A DNA stretch of 64,000 nucleotides from positions 195 through 64,194 of the forward strand of contig CAZFTQ010000002.1 of NCBI GenBank assembly GCA_964522365.1. Direction: 5' to 3'. The notes under the pieces were generated by a model. It was not told the origin of the DNA. It ran no database searches and worked only from the letters and a program-made list of their open reading frames with translations. Source of the DNA: an uncultured Desulfovibrio sp. (lineage in GTDB: Bacteria; Desulfobacterota; Desulfovibrionia; Desulfovibrionales; Desulfovibrionaceae). This document shows, one piece after another, positions 1 through 9,994 of this stretch. Both the position numbers and the translations under genes were made by a program. The stretch's first letter is position 1. Each line of letters begins with the position of its first letter.

Positions 1-101
1 GGGAAGAAATCCCGCAGCAGGGATTCCACGACCTTCGGGAAACTGAAAATGCGTTTGCAGGCGGCGTCATGGTCCGTGTGTTTTTGGGGCAGAATCCTCA
101 T
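1..101 (-). CDS. Partial CDS (first 33 codons, continues off the left edge): Rpn/YhgA-like PD-(D/E)XK recombination-promoting nuclease / putative transposase family
   Basis: Reverse-strand ATG at 99-101. My translation is MRILPQKHTDHDAACKRIFSFPKVVESLLRDFF. It has the N-terminal HD-xx-x-K-x-(I/L)F signature typical of Rpn/YhgA-like proteins. Only 33 residues are visible. Confidence 0.4.
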   Translation of the reverse strand, partial: MRILPQKHTDHDAACKRIFSFPKVVESLLRDFF

Positions 102-895
102 GCGGAAAACAGGCGGGAAGATCCTTTTTTTGTGGGAAAGGACTATGATACTGACAAGTTGCGCCGGGACCGGCTTTTCAGTCAACAGTTTTTGGGGAGC
201 GGGCGCAAAGTTTTTCAGAGAGAGCCCTGCTGCCGGTGGGTTAGGCCCGGGAGAGAGCTTCAGAATTTTGTGTGACGGGCCGGCGGGGAGCCTGTCCGAA
301 AGGAAAAGGCCGGGCGAAGCCGCCGGACGGGCATCTGCCGAGCGCCTCTCCCCGCGGGGGAGAGGGCTTCCTTCGGGCGTCGGAAGTCTGCGCGGGCCGT
401 CGGGAAGCGGATGGACAGAGGCGGGCCCCATGATCCGTCTTCGGTGCCGGTCGTACTGGCAGTTCCGCCGACAGGCATGACGCCTCCGATTTTTCCATCC
501 AGGCGACACACGCTCCTCTCAGGAAGATTCCTGAGGCGTCCGGCTGTCCGCCGTGAACTTTTTCCCGCCGGCGGCCGGTCCGGAGCCCGCCGGATCTGAA
601 AAAAATTCTGCCGCGTTTCCGGCGGCGTTTTCTCCGGACTGCGTCCTTTTCCCGGTTTCCGCGGGCAGCCGCCGGAAAAAAGCCTTGCCGCGCCCCCGCT
701 CTCCCGGTACTTTCCACGGACAGCCTGCCGGGCGGGTCAGGCCGCCATTCAGCGTCCAGCCCGGGGACTCCCTTCCCCGAGACGCGGGATCCCCTGCGGC
801 CTGCCGCCCGCGGGTTTTTTCCTGGCGCATTCAGCAGGATGTCACCGCGGGGCCGCCGAATTCGGCCCGCCCGGCGGGGGAGGGATCCGGTCGAT

Positions 896-2314
896 ATGAA
901 CAGGCAGACGGAAGAGCGGCTCGCGGGGCATTTTCAGTCCATACTCGATGCCCTCTCAGACGGGGTGTACATCTCCGACACGGCCGGCAGGACGCTCTGC
1001 GTCAACAGCATGTACGAGAAGATGACCGGTCTCAGACGCGAAGAACTGGAAGGCCGCGATGTCCGGGAAATGGTCCGCAACGGCGTTTTTGACAGCGTTC
1101 TCAATCCGGAAATCGTTCAGACCAGACGTTCAGCCACGCGCCTCCAGCGGCTCAAGGACGGCAAAACCCTTGTCCTGAGCGGCTATCCCGTCTTCAACGA
1201 GGGCGGCAGACTCTGCTTTGTGGTCACCTTCGCCAGAGACATCACCATTCTGACCAGTCTCAACGAGCAGATTGAGGAGCAGAAGGGGCTCATCCAGCAC
1301 ACCGAGGACCAGATCGCCTTCATGACCCGCCAGCAGAAGGAGGAGCATGCCGTCACGCCCGCCTTTGCCAGCCGGGCCATGGAGCATGTCCTCGAACTTG
1401 TGGACCGCATCGCGCCCACCGAGGCCACGGTGCTCCTGCTGGGCGAAACGGGCGTGGGCAAGGATGTCATCGCCCATCTCGTCCACCAGCGCAGCTCCCG
1501 CCGGAGCAAGCTCATGCTCAAGGTGGACTGCGGCGGCATCACCGAGTCTCTCACCGAGTCCGAGCTCTTCGGCTATGTGGCCGGCGCCTTCACCGGCGCC
1601 TCGCCCAAGGGCAAGGCCGGCTATTTCGAGATCGCCAACGGCAGCACCATTTTCCTGGACGAAATCGGCGAACTCCCCCTCTCCATGCAGACGCGTCTTC
1701 TGCGCGTGCTCCAGGACGGCGAGATCATGCGGGTGGGCTCCACGACCCCCAGAAAGGTGGACGTGCGCATCATCGCCGCCAGCAACCGCAATCTCAAGGA
1801 CTGCGTCCTCGCGGGAACCTTCCGCCAGGACCTGTACTACCGCCTCAACGTGGCCAGCATCCAGATTCCCGCCCTCCGGGACCGTCCCGAGGACGTGGCT
1901 CCCCTGGCGAAGCTCTTTCTGGAGAGCTACTCAGGCAAGTATCGGAAAAAGCTCCGTTTCCTCGACAGCACCCTGAACCTCCTCCGCCAGTATTCCTGGC
2001 CCGGCAATGTCCGGGAACTGCAGAATCTGGTGCACAGCATGGCCATCACCACCAGGGGCCCGGTCATCTCGCCGCAGGAACTCCCCTCCCAGATTGCCGG
2101 TCTGCAGCCGGAGCCCTCCTTTGCCGATGAGAGCTTCAGCGGTCAGCGCTCTCTGCGCGAAATCATGGCGGAAATGGAAGCAGACTTTCTGCGCCAGGCC
2201 ATAGAGCGTCACGGTTCGGTGCAGAAGGTGGCAGAGATCTTCAAGGTGGACCGCTCAACCATCTTCCGGAAAATCCGCCGGGCCCGCCGGCCGGACGGAG
2301 AGGAAGGCTCCTGA
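896..2314 (+). CDS. Sigma-54-dependent transcriptional activator with N-terminal PAS sensor (PAS-AAA+-HTH)
   Basis: ORF 839..2314. Walker A GETGVGKD, canonical GAFTGA loop (ELFGYVAGAFTGA), WPGNVRELQN, and a C-terminal Fis-type HTH (VAEIFKVDRSTIFRKI). ATG 896 (MNRQTEE...) is preferred; ATG 839 is the alternative. Confidence 0.9.
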   Translation: MNRQTEERLAGHFQSILDALSDGVYISDTAGRTLCVNSMYEKMTGLRREELEGRDVREMVRNGVFDSVLNPEIVQTRRSATRLQRLKDGKTLVLSGYPVFNEGGRLCFVVTFARDITILTSLNEQIEEQKGLIQHTEDQIAFMTRQQKEEHAVTPAFASRAMEHVLELVDRIAPTEATVLLLGETGVGKDVIAHLVHQRSSRRSKLMLKVDCGGITESLTESELFGYVAGAFTGASPKGKAGYFEIANGSTIFLDEIGELPLSMQTRLLRVLQDGEIMRVGSTTPRKVDVRIIAASNRNLKDCVLAGTFRQDLYYRLNVASIQIPALRDRPEDVAPLAKLFLESYSGKYRKKLRFLDSTLNLLRQYSWPGNVRELQNLVHSMAITTRGPVISPQELPSQIAGLQPEPSFADESFSGQRSLREIMAEMEADFLRQAIERHGSVQKVAEIFKVDRSTIFRKIRRARRPDGEEGS

Positions 2315-2443
2315 TCTCCCCCGGAGAAGGAAAAGGCCTTTTCCCGGCGGCCCCCGCGGGCCTTCCGTCTTTGACAGCAGGCTCTCTTTGAGGCAGTGAA
2401 GAGACGACCCAGACCTGTTTTCCCTTTCTGCCCGAGGCCTGTC

Positions 2444-3109
2444 ATGTCAGAGCTCTCTCTTGCCGAACGCTATCTCGCCCTGCGGGGGCCCAGACCCGAA
2501 CTGCCCGAGTCTCCGCTGCGGGGGATTCCTCAGCTTCTCCTGCCCAAGGCGGCCTCTCCCGTGCCGGACGAAGCGGCCTGTCTGGCTCTCTGGGACAAGT
2601 ACGGGATGCTGGACAACATCCGGGCCCACAGCCTGCTCGTGGCTGATTCGGCCACCGCGCTGGCCCGGATGGCCGTTGAGCGCGGCTTTCCGGTGGATGT
2701 CTCCGCCGTGCGGGCAAGCGGCCTCCTCCACGACATAGCCAAGACCTACTGCCTGCTCCACGGTGGCAGCCACGCCCATCTCGGCGCGGCCTGGGTGGTG
2801 GCGGAGACAGGCAATTACGCCGTGGCTCAGGGCGTCTTCCACCATTTCTGCTGGCCATGGCCCATGCCTCTGGATCAGCCCGATCGTCTCTGTTCCCTGC
2901 CCTTCTTCATCATGTATGCCGACAAGCGGGCCAGGCACGACGAATTCGTCACCCTGGACGAGCGCTTCTCGGATCTTCTGGACCGCTACGGCACGACGCC
3001 TCAGCGCAGGGACGGCATTTTTGCCTCCTATGTCCAGGCAAGGGACATGGAGCAGGCTCTGTCCGGGTATCTCGGCAGGGATCTGGCCGGTCTTCCGGCG
3101 CTCCGATAA
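2444..3109 (+). CDS. HD-domain metal-dependent phosphohydrolase
   Basis: ORF 2396..3109. H...HD motif (IRAHSLLVA...GLLHDIAKTY...HAHLGA). ATG 2444 is preferred over GTG 2396. Confidence 0.75.
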   Translation: MSELSLAERYLALRGPRPELPESPLRGIPQLLLPKAASPVPDEAACLALWDKYGMLDNIRAHSLLVADSATALARMAVERGFPVDVSAVRASGLLHDIAKTYCLLHGGSHAHLGAAWVVAETGNYAVAQGVFHHFCWPWPMPLDQPDRLCSLPFFIMYADKRARHDEFVTLDERFSDLLDRYGTTPQRRDGIFASYVQARDMEQALSGYLGRDLAGLPALR

Positions 3110-3132
3110 ATTTTTTCCGCAGAGGGTTCTCC

Positions 3133-4038
3133 ATGAAAGTTCTTCTCATCGTCGGCGGCTGGTCGACGGAACGCGGCGTTTCCCTGACTTCAGCCCCGGA
3201 TCTCAAGGCGGCTCTGGAGGAACTGGGTCACAGCGTGACGCTCTTTGACCTCAGGGACGAGTTTGACTCCCTCCTCAGCGCGGCCAAGGCCCACGATTTC
3301 GCCTTCATCAATCTGCACGGCTCCCCGGGCGAGGACGGCATGGTGCAGGCCATGCTTGACAGCGCGGGCTGTCCCTACCAGGGCGCGGGCCCGGCCGGCT
3401 CCTTCCTGGCCCTTCACAAGGCCTGCACCAAGCAGATCTTCCGCGATGCGGGCCTGCCCACGGCCGACTGGGAATTCCTTCCCGTGCCGCCCCCCGAGGG
3501 CTGGGAAAACAGGCTCGGCTACCCCGTCTTCGTCAAGGGCTGCGTGGGCGGCTCCTCCCTGCGCCTGGGCAGGGCGGACGACAGGGAGCAGATGGAGGCC
3601 ATCATGGCCGAGATCTTCGCCGCCGGCGAAGGGGTGCTTCTGGAGCGGGCGCTGAAGGGCAGGGATGTAACCTGCGCCATCCTCGGCGGCGAGGCTCTGC
3701 CTCCCATTCTCATTCTGCCCCAGAAGGGCGAGTACTTTGACTATGTGAGCAAGTATTCCGACGGCGGAGCCAAGGAAATCTGCCCGGCGCCCATCTCGGA
3801 AAACGCCACGCGCCGGGTCAAGGAGCTGGCCGCGGCCGCCGTGGAGGCCCTGGGCCTCAACGGCTGCGGCCGGGTGGATTTCGTGCTGGGCGACAACGAT
3901 GAGCTCAACCTTCTGGAAGTGAACACCCTGCCCGGCATGACCGGCGCGAGCCTCGTCCCCAAGGCCGCGGCGGCGGCCGGCCTTTCCTTCCCGGCGCTTC
4001 TGGCCCGCTACATCGAGCTTGGTCTGAAAAAGAACTGA
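3133..4038 (+). CDS. ddl: D-alanine--D-alanine ligase
   Basis: C-terminal part of ORF 2857..4038 starting MKVLLIVGGWSTERGVSL. ATP-grasp motifs HGSPGEDGMVQAMLD and EVNTLPGMT. ATG at 3133 lies just after a GC-rich shadow N-terminus. Confidence 0.9.
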   Translation: MKVLLIVGGWSTERGVSLTSAPDLKAALEELGHSVTLFDLRDEFDSLLSAAKAHDFAFINLHGSPGEDGMVQAMLDSAGCPYQGAGPAGSFLALHKACTKQIFRDAGLPTADWEFLPVPPPEGWENRLGYPVFVKGCVGGSSLRLGRADDREQMEAIMAEIFAAGEGVLLERALKGRDVTCAILGGEALPPILILPQKGEYFDYVSKYSDGGAKEICPAPISENATRRVKELAAAAVEALGLNGCGRVDFVLGDNDELNLLEVNTLPGMTGASLVPKAAAAAGLSFPALLARYIELGLKKN

Positions 4039-4044
4039 GGGGCC

Positions 4045-4977
4045 ATGGCCGGCCCGACCCTCACCGCGTTTCTGGCGCATTTCTGCGCCTTCGGCACCGT
4101 CGCCGTCTGGGGCATGACCTTCATATCCACCAAGGTCCTGCTCCAGACCTGCACGCCTCTGGAAATCGCCCTCTACCGCTTCGTGCTGGCCGTTGCCGTC
4201 ATGCACCTCATGGCCCCCAGGATTTTCCGGCATGGCGGGGGCTGGCGGACGGAGCTTCTCTTTGCCGGCGCGGGCCTCGCGGGGGTCTCGGTCTACTTTT
4301 TCTTTGAGAATGTCGCTCTGACGCTCACCTATGCCTCCAATGTGAGCCTCATCATCTGCACGGCGCCTTTCTGCACGGGCCTGGCGGCCCGGATCTTCCT
4401 GGGAGAAGAACTTCACGGCAACTTCTTCCTGGGCTTTCTGGTGGCCATCTCGGGCATCGCCTGCATCTCCTTTGCCGGCGCGGCCTTCCTGGGGCTCAAT
4501 CCGGGCGGCGATCTTCTTGCCGCGGGCGCGGCCGTGAGCTGGGCCTTCTACTCCATCTTCACCCGCCGCATCTTCGCCAGGGGCTATCCTCTCATCGAGG
4601 CCACGCGCCGCATCCTGTTCTGGGGCCTCGTCACCCTGAGCCTGGGCGTTCCCTTTCAGGGCACGCCCCTGACGATCCCTGACTTCGGAAGTCCGGCCGT
4701 CCTGCTCAATTTTCTCTTCCTGGGCGTGCTCGCCTCCTCCGTCTGCTTTGTCACCTGGAATTTCGGACTGAGATCGCTCGGCGCGGTCCGGGCCACGGCC
4801 TATGTCTATCTGACCCCGGTGGTCACCGTGGTGGCCGCCGTCGTCATCCTGGACGAGCGCATCACGGCCCTCTCAGGCCTCGGCATGATTCTCACCCTGG
4901 CGGGTCTCGTTCTTTCGGAGACCCGCGGCAATGTTCTCGCGGCCTTCAGAAAAGTCACGGCCGGCCGAAAAGACTGA
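4045..4977 (+). CDS. EamA/DMT-family permease
   Basis: 310 aa with about 10 predicted TM helices in two halves. Typical EamA-like hydrophobic pattern (YASNVSLIICTAPF..., VRATAYVYLTPVVTVV). Confidence 0.8.
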   Translation: MAGPTLTAFLAHFCAFGTVAVWGMTFISTKVLLQTCTPLEIALYRFVLAVAVMHLMAPRIFRHGGGWRTELLFAGAGLAGVSVYFFFENVALTLTYASNVSLIICTAPFCTGLAARIFLGEELHGNFFLGFLVAISGIACISFAGAAFLGLNPGGDLLAAGAAVSWAFYSIFTRRIFARGYPLIEATRRILFWGLVTLSLGVPFQGTPLTIPDFGSPAVLLNFLFLGVLASSVCFVTWNFGLRSLGAVRATAYVYLTPVVTVVAAVVILDERITALSGLGMILTLAGLVLSETRGNVLAAFRKVTAGRKD

Positions 4978-5130
4978 GAGAAGAGCCGCGAAAGGCCGGC
5001 CAGGGCCGGATTTTCCGGCGGATACCAGAGGATCCGCAGCCGGATCGGGCTTGACCGTCCGGGAAAAGTGTGCATTTTGTCTTGCCACGGAACCCGTGCG
5101 GTTCCTTCTCCTGTCCCCGGAGCTTTTTTC

Positions 5131-6462
5131 GTGCGTCTGCGTCCGCTCACCCTTTTTCTCTGCTTCCTGCTCGCCGCGGCGGCTCTGCCTGCGCCTCAGC
5201 CGGCGCGGGCGGCCCTCTCGGACGTGCGCAACACGCCCGTGGTGCGGGTGGTGAACAGGGTCTCGCCGGCCGTGGTCAACATCACGAGCACCAGCGTGCA
5301 GGGCAGGGGGCTTTCACCCCTGGAGCAGTTTTTCGGAGATTTCGGCATGCCGCGGCGGCCCAGCCGCCGGGAGAGTCTCGGCTCGGGCGTGCTGGTGGAC
5401 GGCAGACGGGCCCTGGTGCTCACCAATTCCCATGTGGTGCAGAACGGCACGGACATCCAGGTCCGTCTCAACGACGGCCGGGAATTCAAGGCCCGCCTGC
5501 GCGGCGCGGATCCGGACTTTGACCTGGCGGTGCTGGAACTGGAGGGCGCGAAGGGGCTCCCGGAACTCCCTCTGGGCGACTCGACCGGCGTCCAGCCCGG
5601 GGAAACGGTCATCGCCATCGGCAATCCCTTCGGCTTTTCCCATACCGTGACCACGGGCGTGGTCTCGGCTCTGGGCCGGAGCATCCGCTCCGAGGCCGGT
5701 CTCTTCACGGATCTCATCCAGACCGACGCGGCCATCAATCCGGGCAATTCCGGCGGCCCCCTCATCGATCTGGACGGGAGTCTCATCGGCATCAACACGG
5801 CCGTCTACGGCAAGGGCTGGGGCATCGGCTTCGCCATTCCCGTGAACAAGGCGCGTCAGGTCATGGCGGGCCTGCTGGACGGCAAAAAACCCGCGCCGCT
5901 CTGGATCGGCATTCAGGCCGAGGACATCGACCAGCGCCTGGCCCTGGACTTCGGCCTCACGAGCCCCAGGGGCATCGTCATCAGCGGCGTCTACAGAAAT
6001 ACGCCCGCCGCCGGAGCCGGCCTTGAGCCCGGCGACATTCTGGTGGCCGTCAACTCGACGCCGGTCACGGACAGGCGGGAATATCTTTCGCTTCTGCGCA
6101 ACCAGACGGGGGGCACGCCCCTGCAGCTGGAGGTGCGGAGTCTGCACGGCGGCCCCGCCAGGCGGGTCAGCCTGGTGCCCCAGGAGTTCAGCGACGACAT
6201 GGCGCTGGAGATTCTGCGGCGGCGCTGGGGCTTCACCGTGCGCAGCCGCGGACGCAGCGGCCTCGCCGTCGCGTCCGTGGAGCAGGAGGGTCCCGCCGGC
6301 GTCCTCAGAAAGGGCGACCTGCTTCTGGGCGTGAGCGGGACGGAAACGTCAACTGCGGCTGATCTGGCTGCGGTCTTCCGCTGGGAACGCCTGTCCAACA
6401 GCGTTCTGCTCCTCATCGAGCGGGGCGGACGGGCCTACTACGCGAGACTGCAGATGCAGTGA
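5131..6462 (+). CDS. Periplasmic HtrA/DegQ-family serine protease (trypsin fold + 2 PDZ)
   Basis: ORF 5068..6462. Catalytic motifs TNSHVV, DLAVL and GNSGGPL, followed by two PDZ-like segments. GTG 5131 follows GGAG (5119-5122) and gives a clean signal peptide (VRLRPLTLFLCFLLAAAALPAPQPARA). GTG 5068 is the alternative. Confidence 0.9.
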   Translation: MRLRPLTLFLCFLLAAAALPAPQPARAALSDVRNTPVVRVVNRVSPAVVNITSTSVQGRGLSPLEQFFGDFGMPRRPSRRESLGSGVLVDGRRALVLTNSHVVQNGTDIQVRLNDGREFKARLRGADPDFDLAVLELEGAKGLPELPLGDSTGVQPGETVIAIGNPFGFSHTVTTGVVSALGRSIRSEAGLFTDLIQTDAAINPGNSGGPLIDLDGSLIGINTAVYGKGWGIGFAIPVNKARQVMAGLLDGKKPAPLWIGIQAEDIDQRLALDFGLTSPRGIVISGVYRNTPAAGAGLEPGDILVAVNSTPVTDRREYLSLLRNQTGGTPLQLEVRSLHGGPARRVSLVPQEFSDDMALEILRRRWGFTVRSRGRSGLAVASVEQEGPAGVLRKGDLLLGVSGTETSTAADLAAVFRWERLSNSVLLLIERGGRAYYARLQMQ

Positions 6463-6515
6463 AGATGAGGCGCGGCGCGGGTCATGGGGCCGGCGCCGCC
6501 GGCGGGGTGTTTCCC

Positions 6516-6544
6516 TTGACACCTTTCCGTTGTTTGTCAATACT
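6516..6544 (+). promoter_or_regulatory. Candidate sigma-70 promoter for the ferredoxin gene
   Basis: TTGACA (6516-6521), a 17-nt spacer, then AATACT (6539-6544), about 70 nt upstream of ATG 6613. Confidence 0.5.
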
Positions 6545-6612
6545 CGAAGGGATGCGGATTTTCCCCGCATGTCCAACCTCGGTCTTCTGACCGTTCCTAC
6601 CGGAGGAATCCA

Positions 6613-6801
6613 ATGTCGTACAATGTCGTTGTTGACCAGGAGAAATGCATAGGCTGCGGCGAATGCGTCGATGTTTGCCCCGTCGAAGTGTACGAACTCG
6701 TCGAAGGCAAATCTGAACCCGCCAACGCTGAAGAATGCCTCGGCTGTGAATCCTGTGTGGAGGTCTGCTCCCAGGACGCCATTGAAGTCAAGGAAGTGTA
6801 G
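6613..6801 (+). CDS. Small ferredoxin with two Cys clusters (4Fe-4S type)
   Basis: 62 aa with CIGCGECVDVCP and CLGCESCVEVCS motifs. GGAGG lies 7 nt upstream of the ATG. Confidence 0.9.
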   Translation: MSYNVVVDQEKCIGCGECVDVCPVEVYELVEGKSEPANAEECLGCESCVEVCSQDAIEVKEV

Positions 6802-6898
6802 CCAGAGGCTCGCCTTTTCTGTTCAGGTGCCGCCGGGAAGCACTCTCCTGGCGGCACTCCTGTCTGATCGCCCGCAAACGACGGAGAGAGAACTCATC

Positions 6899-7567
6899 AT
6901 GGTGCCGGACCTTTCGCCGATTTTCGCGCAGTACGAGCAGCTGCGCGGCTATGTGGACGCGGCCTTTGCCAGGGTGGAGCAGACCTGCCCGGGCTGCGTC
7001 ACCTGTCATCCCGGCTGCAGCGACTGCTGCCACGCGCTTTTTGACCTTTCCCTGGTGGAGGCCATGTACCTGAACCGGGCCTTTCAGAAGGCCTTTGACT
7101 ACGGTCCCGAACGCTCCGCCGTTCTCGAACGGGCGGAAAAGACGGACCGCCAGCTCGCCCGCATCAAGAAGAATCTCTTTCTGGAAGAAAAGAAGGGCAA
7201 GGCGCCTGCCCTCATCATGGAGGAGGTGGCCGGACTGCGCATGCGCTGTCCGCTCCTGGACGAGAAGGACATGTGCCTGCTCTACGAGGCCAGACCCATC
7301 ACCTGCCGCGCCTACGGCGTGCCCACGAGCATCGCCGGCAAGGGTCATGTCTGCGGCACCTCCGCCTTTGTCCAGGGCACCCAGTATCCCACCGTCAAGC
7401 TGGACCGCATCCAGGATACCCTCCTGGATCTGAGCCTGGCCGTCGAGCGGGCGGTGGGCAGCCGTTTTGACCAGCTCCACGAGGTCTACATGCCCCTCTC
7501 CATGGCCCTGCTGACCTCGTTTGACGATGCCTTTCTCGGGATCGGTCCGGCCAGACCGGAAGACTGA
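6899..7567 (+). CDS. YkgJ-family (CxxCxxCC) Fe/Zn cysteine-cluster protein
   Basis: C-terminal part of ORF 6671..7567 from MVPDLSPIF. Motifs CPGCVTCHPGCSDCCH and CPLL...C...PITCRAYG. Confidence 0.75.
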   Translation: MVPDLSPIFAQYEQLRGYVDAAFARVEQTCPGCVTCHPGCSDCCHALFDLSLVEAMYLNRAFQKAFDYGPERSAVLERAEKTDRQLARIKKNLFLEEKKGKAPALIMEEVAGLRMRCPLLDEKDMCLLYEARPITCRAYGVPTSIAGKGHVCGTSAFVQGTQYPTVKLDRIQDTLLDLSLAVERAVGSRFDQLHEVYMPLSMALLTSFDDAFLGIGPARPED

Positions 7568-7588
7568 TCCCCCCAGGGAGGAGAAGCC

Positions 7589-8020
7589 ATGTCCAGCCTC
7601 TTTTCCGATATCCACGCCAATGTGTACCGGGACGGCACCCCCCAGCCTCTGACCCCCGAGCAGGAGGCCAGCAAAAGGGAAATGTACGAGCGCATGAAGC
7701 CGCGCAACCGCCGCTTCATCGACCGCATAGGCTACGAGAACTGGGACCCCTTTCAGAAGCCCAACGATCCCATGGACATCCGCCAGGATGTGACCAAGAG
7801 GACCACCCAGGATCTGGTACGGGAATTTCTCCAGCAGGTCTCCGACAGCGACAGATACAGCAATGAGTACGCCCGCGGGGCCCTCAACGCGGCCCTGGGC
7901 ATCATCAACCGGGACGAGACCATGCGCGGCACCTTTGACTTCTGTCTCTGGTACTGCGATCTCCTCCGCCGGGAAGGCCTGGTCAGCCCCCGCATTGATC
8001 CCATGCCCGGGAAGGCGTAG
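7589..8020 (+). CDS. Hypothetical protein (143 aa)
   Basis: GGGAGGAG RBS upstream of ATG 7589. Ordinary amino-acid composition and strong G/C at third codon positions. No motif recognised. Confidence 0.6.
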   Translation: MSSLFSDIHANVYRDGTPQPLTPEQEASKREMYERMKPRNRRFIDRIGYENWDPFQKPNDPMDIRQDVTKRTTQDLVREFLQQVSDSDRYSNEYARGALNAALGIINRDETMRGTFDFCLWYCDLLRREGLVSPRIDPMPGKA

Positions 8021-8067
8021 ATTGCCGGCCATCCACCGCCTGTCCACCCTTTCCTGAGAGGAGAGCC

Positions 8068-8703
8068 ATGAAGGAACGATACGACGATCTCGATGAATAC
8101 ATCCGTGACCTCAAGGAGGCCATAGCGCTCTCCAGCGGCCAGTGCGCGGCCCACCACTACAATCTCGGGGTGGCCCTTCTGAGCAAGCGCGACTTCATGG
8201 GCGCCGAAGCGTCCTTCCGGGACGCTCTGCGCGAGTCTCCCCACATGGCCGAGGCCATGGTGCAGCTGGGCGGCATCTGCCTGCACCGCGGCGATCTGGA
8301 CGGCTGTCTCAGCTACAACATGGAGGCCACCAGCATCCGGCCCAAGTTTTCCGTGGCCGAAAGCAACATCGCCTTTGTCTACCTGCAGCGCCGGGATCCC
8401 GACAAGGCGCTGGAACACCTGGCCCGGGCCCTCAAATGGGACCCCCGTTTCATTCAGGCCAGAAACGACGAGGCCATCGCCTACTTCATGAAGGGCCAGT
8501 ACGACAAAAGCGAGGCCTCCTGCCGCGCCCTGCTCAAGGACGAGCCGGCCTTCGCGCCCGCCTGGCAGAATCTGGCCCTCGCTCTCTTTGAGCAGAACCG
8601 CTTCCAGGAAGCTCAGGAAGCCATGACCAAGGCCGAGGAACTGGGCTTCAGCGTGCCCGAGGGCTTCAGGAAGGAACTGGCGGACAAGCTGGCGCAGGGC
8701 TAG
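8068..8703 (+). CDS. Tetratricopeptide-repeat protein
   Basis: 211 aa with repeated 34-residue A/Y/L patterns (AHHYNLGVALL, AEAMVQLGGICL, ESNIAFVYL, EAIAYFMKG, AWQNLALALF). Confidence 0.8.
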   Translation: MKERYDDLDEYIRDLKEAIALSSGQCAAHHYNLGVALLSKRDFMGAEASFRDALRESPHMAEAMVQLGGICLHRGDLDGCLSYNMEATSIRPKFSVAESNIAFVYLQRRDPDKALEHLARALKWDPRFIQARNDEAIAYFMKGQYDKSEASCRALLKDEPAFAPAWQNLALALFEQNRFQEAQEAMTKAEELGFSVPEGFRKELADKLAQG

Positions 8704-8766
8704 GCATCGTTTCAAGGAAGGAAATTTTCCCCTGCGGGCCCCCTGGCCCCGGCGGAAAAGAGAGTG

Positions 8767-8810
8767 CGGCCCGTTTCCCGGCAAAAGGGGAAACGGGCCG
8801 TTTCCTTGTT
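8767..8810 (+). terminator. Rho-independent terminator after the TPR gene
   Basis: Perfect 13-bp stem CGGCCCGTTTCCC / GGGAAACGGGCCG (8767-8779 / 8788-8800), followed by TTTCCTTGTT. Confidence 0.7.
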
Positions 8811-8965
8811 CTTCCGCGGCTGAGCAAGCGCGCGGGGCCTCAGTCTGAAGGAAAGTGTCCTCTTCCTCCCGGGCCTCACTTTCCGGCCTCTGAAAGAGGG
8901 AGGAGCTGAATGATATCTTTCAGTTCACGCGGCAGGGCTCCGGTTCCCGCCCTCCGCCCGGCCCG

Positions 8966-9772
8966 TCAGAAATCCAGCGTCAGGTCCACCGGACAGTGAT
9001 CGGAGCCGTACTGATCCGCCTGGATGTCCGCGCTCACGATGCGGTCCTGTATGTCTTCCGTCACAAAGAAGTAGTCCAGGCGCCATCCGATGTTCTTCTC
9101 TCTGGCCCGCATGCGGTAGGACCACCAGGAATAGGCGCCTTCCCTGTCGCCGTGCACATGGCGGAAGCTGTCCACCCAGCCATGGGAGGTGAAGAAATCC
9201 AGAAAGGCCCGCTCCACCGGCAGAAAGCCCGTGTTGAGGACGTTCTGCTGGGGTCTGGCCAGATCTATTTCCCTGTGGGCGATGTTGAAATCGCCGCAGA
9301 CCACCACGGGCTTGGAGGCACGCAGGGACTGGGCATAGGTGAAAAAGGCGTCAAAGAAGCCCATTTTGTACTCGAGCCGCTTGAATCTGCCCTGGTGCTT
9401 TCCTTTTTCGTCCAGGATTTCCTCGCCGCCGTTGGGGAAATAGCCGTTGAGGAAGTGGAAGCGATCGTACTCCAGGTGGAGGAGCCGGCCTTCGCCCTGC
9501 CAGCGGGGATCCGGCAGTTCGGCACGGACGGTCAGGGGCTTCACCCGGCTGTAGACAGCCACCCCGGAATAGCCTTTCTTGACTTCGCTGGAGGAAAAGA
9601 AGGCGTGCCAGCCCTCGGGATTCACCAGTTCCGGGCTCAGCTGCTCCGGCCGGGCCTTGGTCTCCTGGAGGGCGATGATGTCCGCCGTTTCACGACGGAA
9701 CCAGCGCCAGTCCTCTTTGCCGGACACGGCCCGCAGGCCGTTCACATTCCAGGAAGCAAGTCGCAGTGTCAT
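8966..9772 (-). CDS. xth: Exodeoxyribonuclease III
   Basis: ORF 8966..9880. MTLRLASWNVNGLRA start (ATG at 9772), LQETK, and C-terminal SDHCPV motif. Confidence 0.9.
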   Translation of the reverse strand: MTLRLASWNVNGLRAVSGKEDWRWFRRETADIIALQETKARPEQLSPELVNPEGWHAFFSSSEVKKGYSGVAVYSRVKPLTVRAELPDPRWQGEGRLLHLEYDRFHFLNGYFPNGGEEILDEKGKHQGRFKRLEYKMGFFDAFFTYAQSLRASKPVVVCGDFNIAHREIDLARPQQNVLNTGFLPVERAFLDFFTSHGWVDSFRHVHGDREGAYSWWSYRMRAREKNIGWRLDYFFVTEDIQDRIVSADIQADQYGSDHCPVDLTLDF

Positions 9773-9994
9773 TGATATCTCCGTGAAAAAAACGGGCTGT
9801 CTCCGGCCGGGACGGCCGCCGGGATCCCGCGTGGTTTGCTTTTTGCGCCGTCCTCTGCCATACTGCCGCAAACTTGGCATGAGATCATTCGCCGCGCCGT
9901 GCCGGCGCCGCGGGTCCCTGATCCGCGGTCCTGCGCCGTGCGCGGCTCATCGGAGCGGGCCGGATCCCGCCTTCGCGCCGCTGGAGGCAAGCAA

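Noticed and set aside
8910-8999. 29-codon ORF (MISFSSRGRAPVPALRPARQKSSVRSTGQ) preceded by a strong GGGAGGAG.
   Set aside because: It overlaps the 3' end of xth on the opposite strand, has Arg/Ser/Pro-rich composition, lacks the G/C third-position bias of real genes here, and lies in a convergent terminator region.
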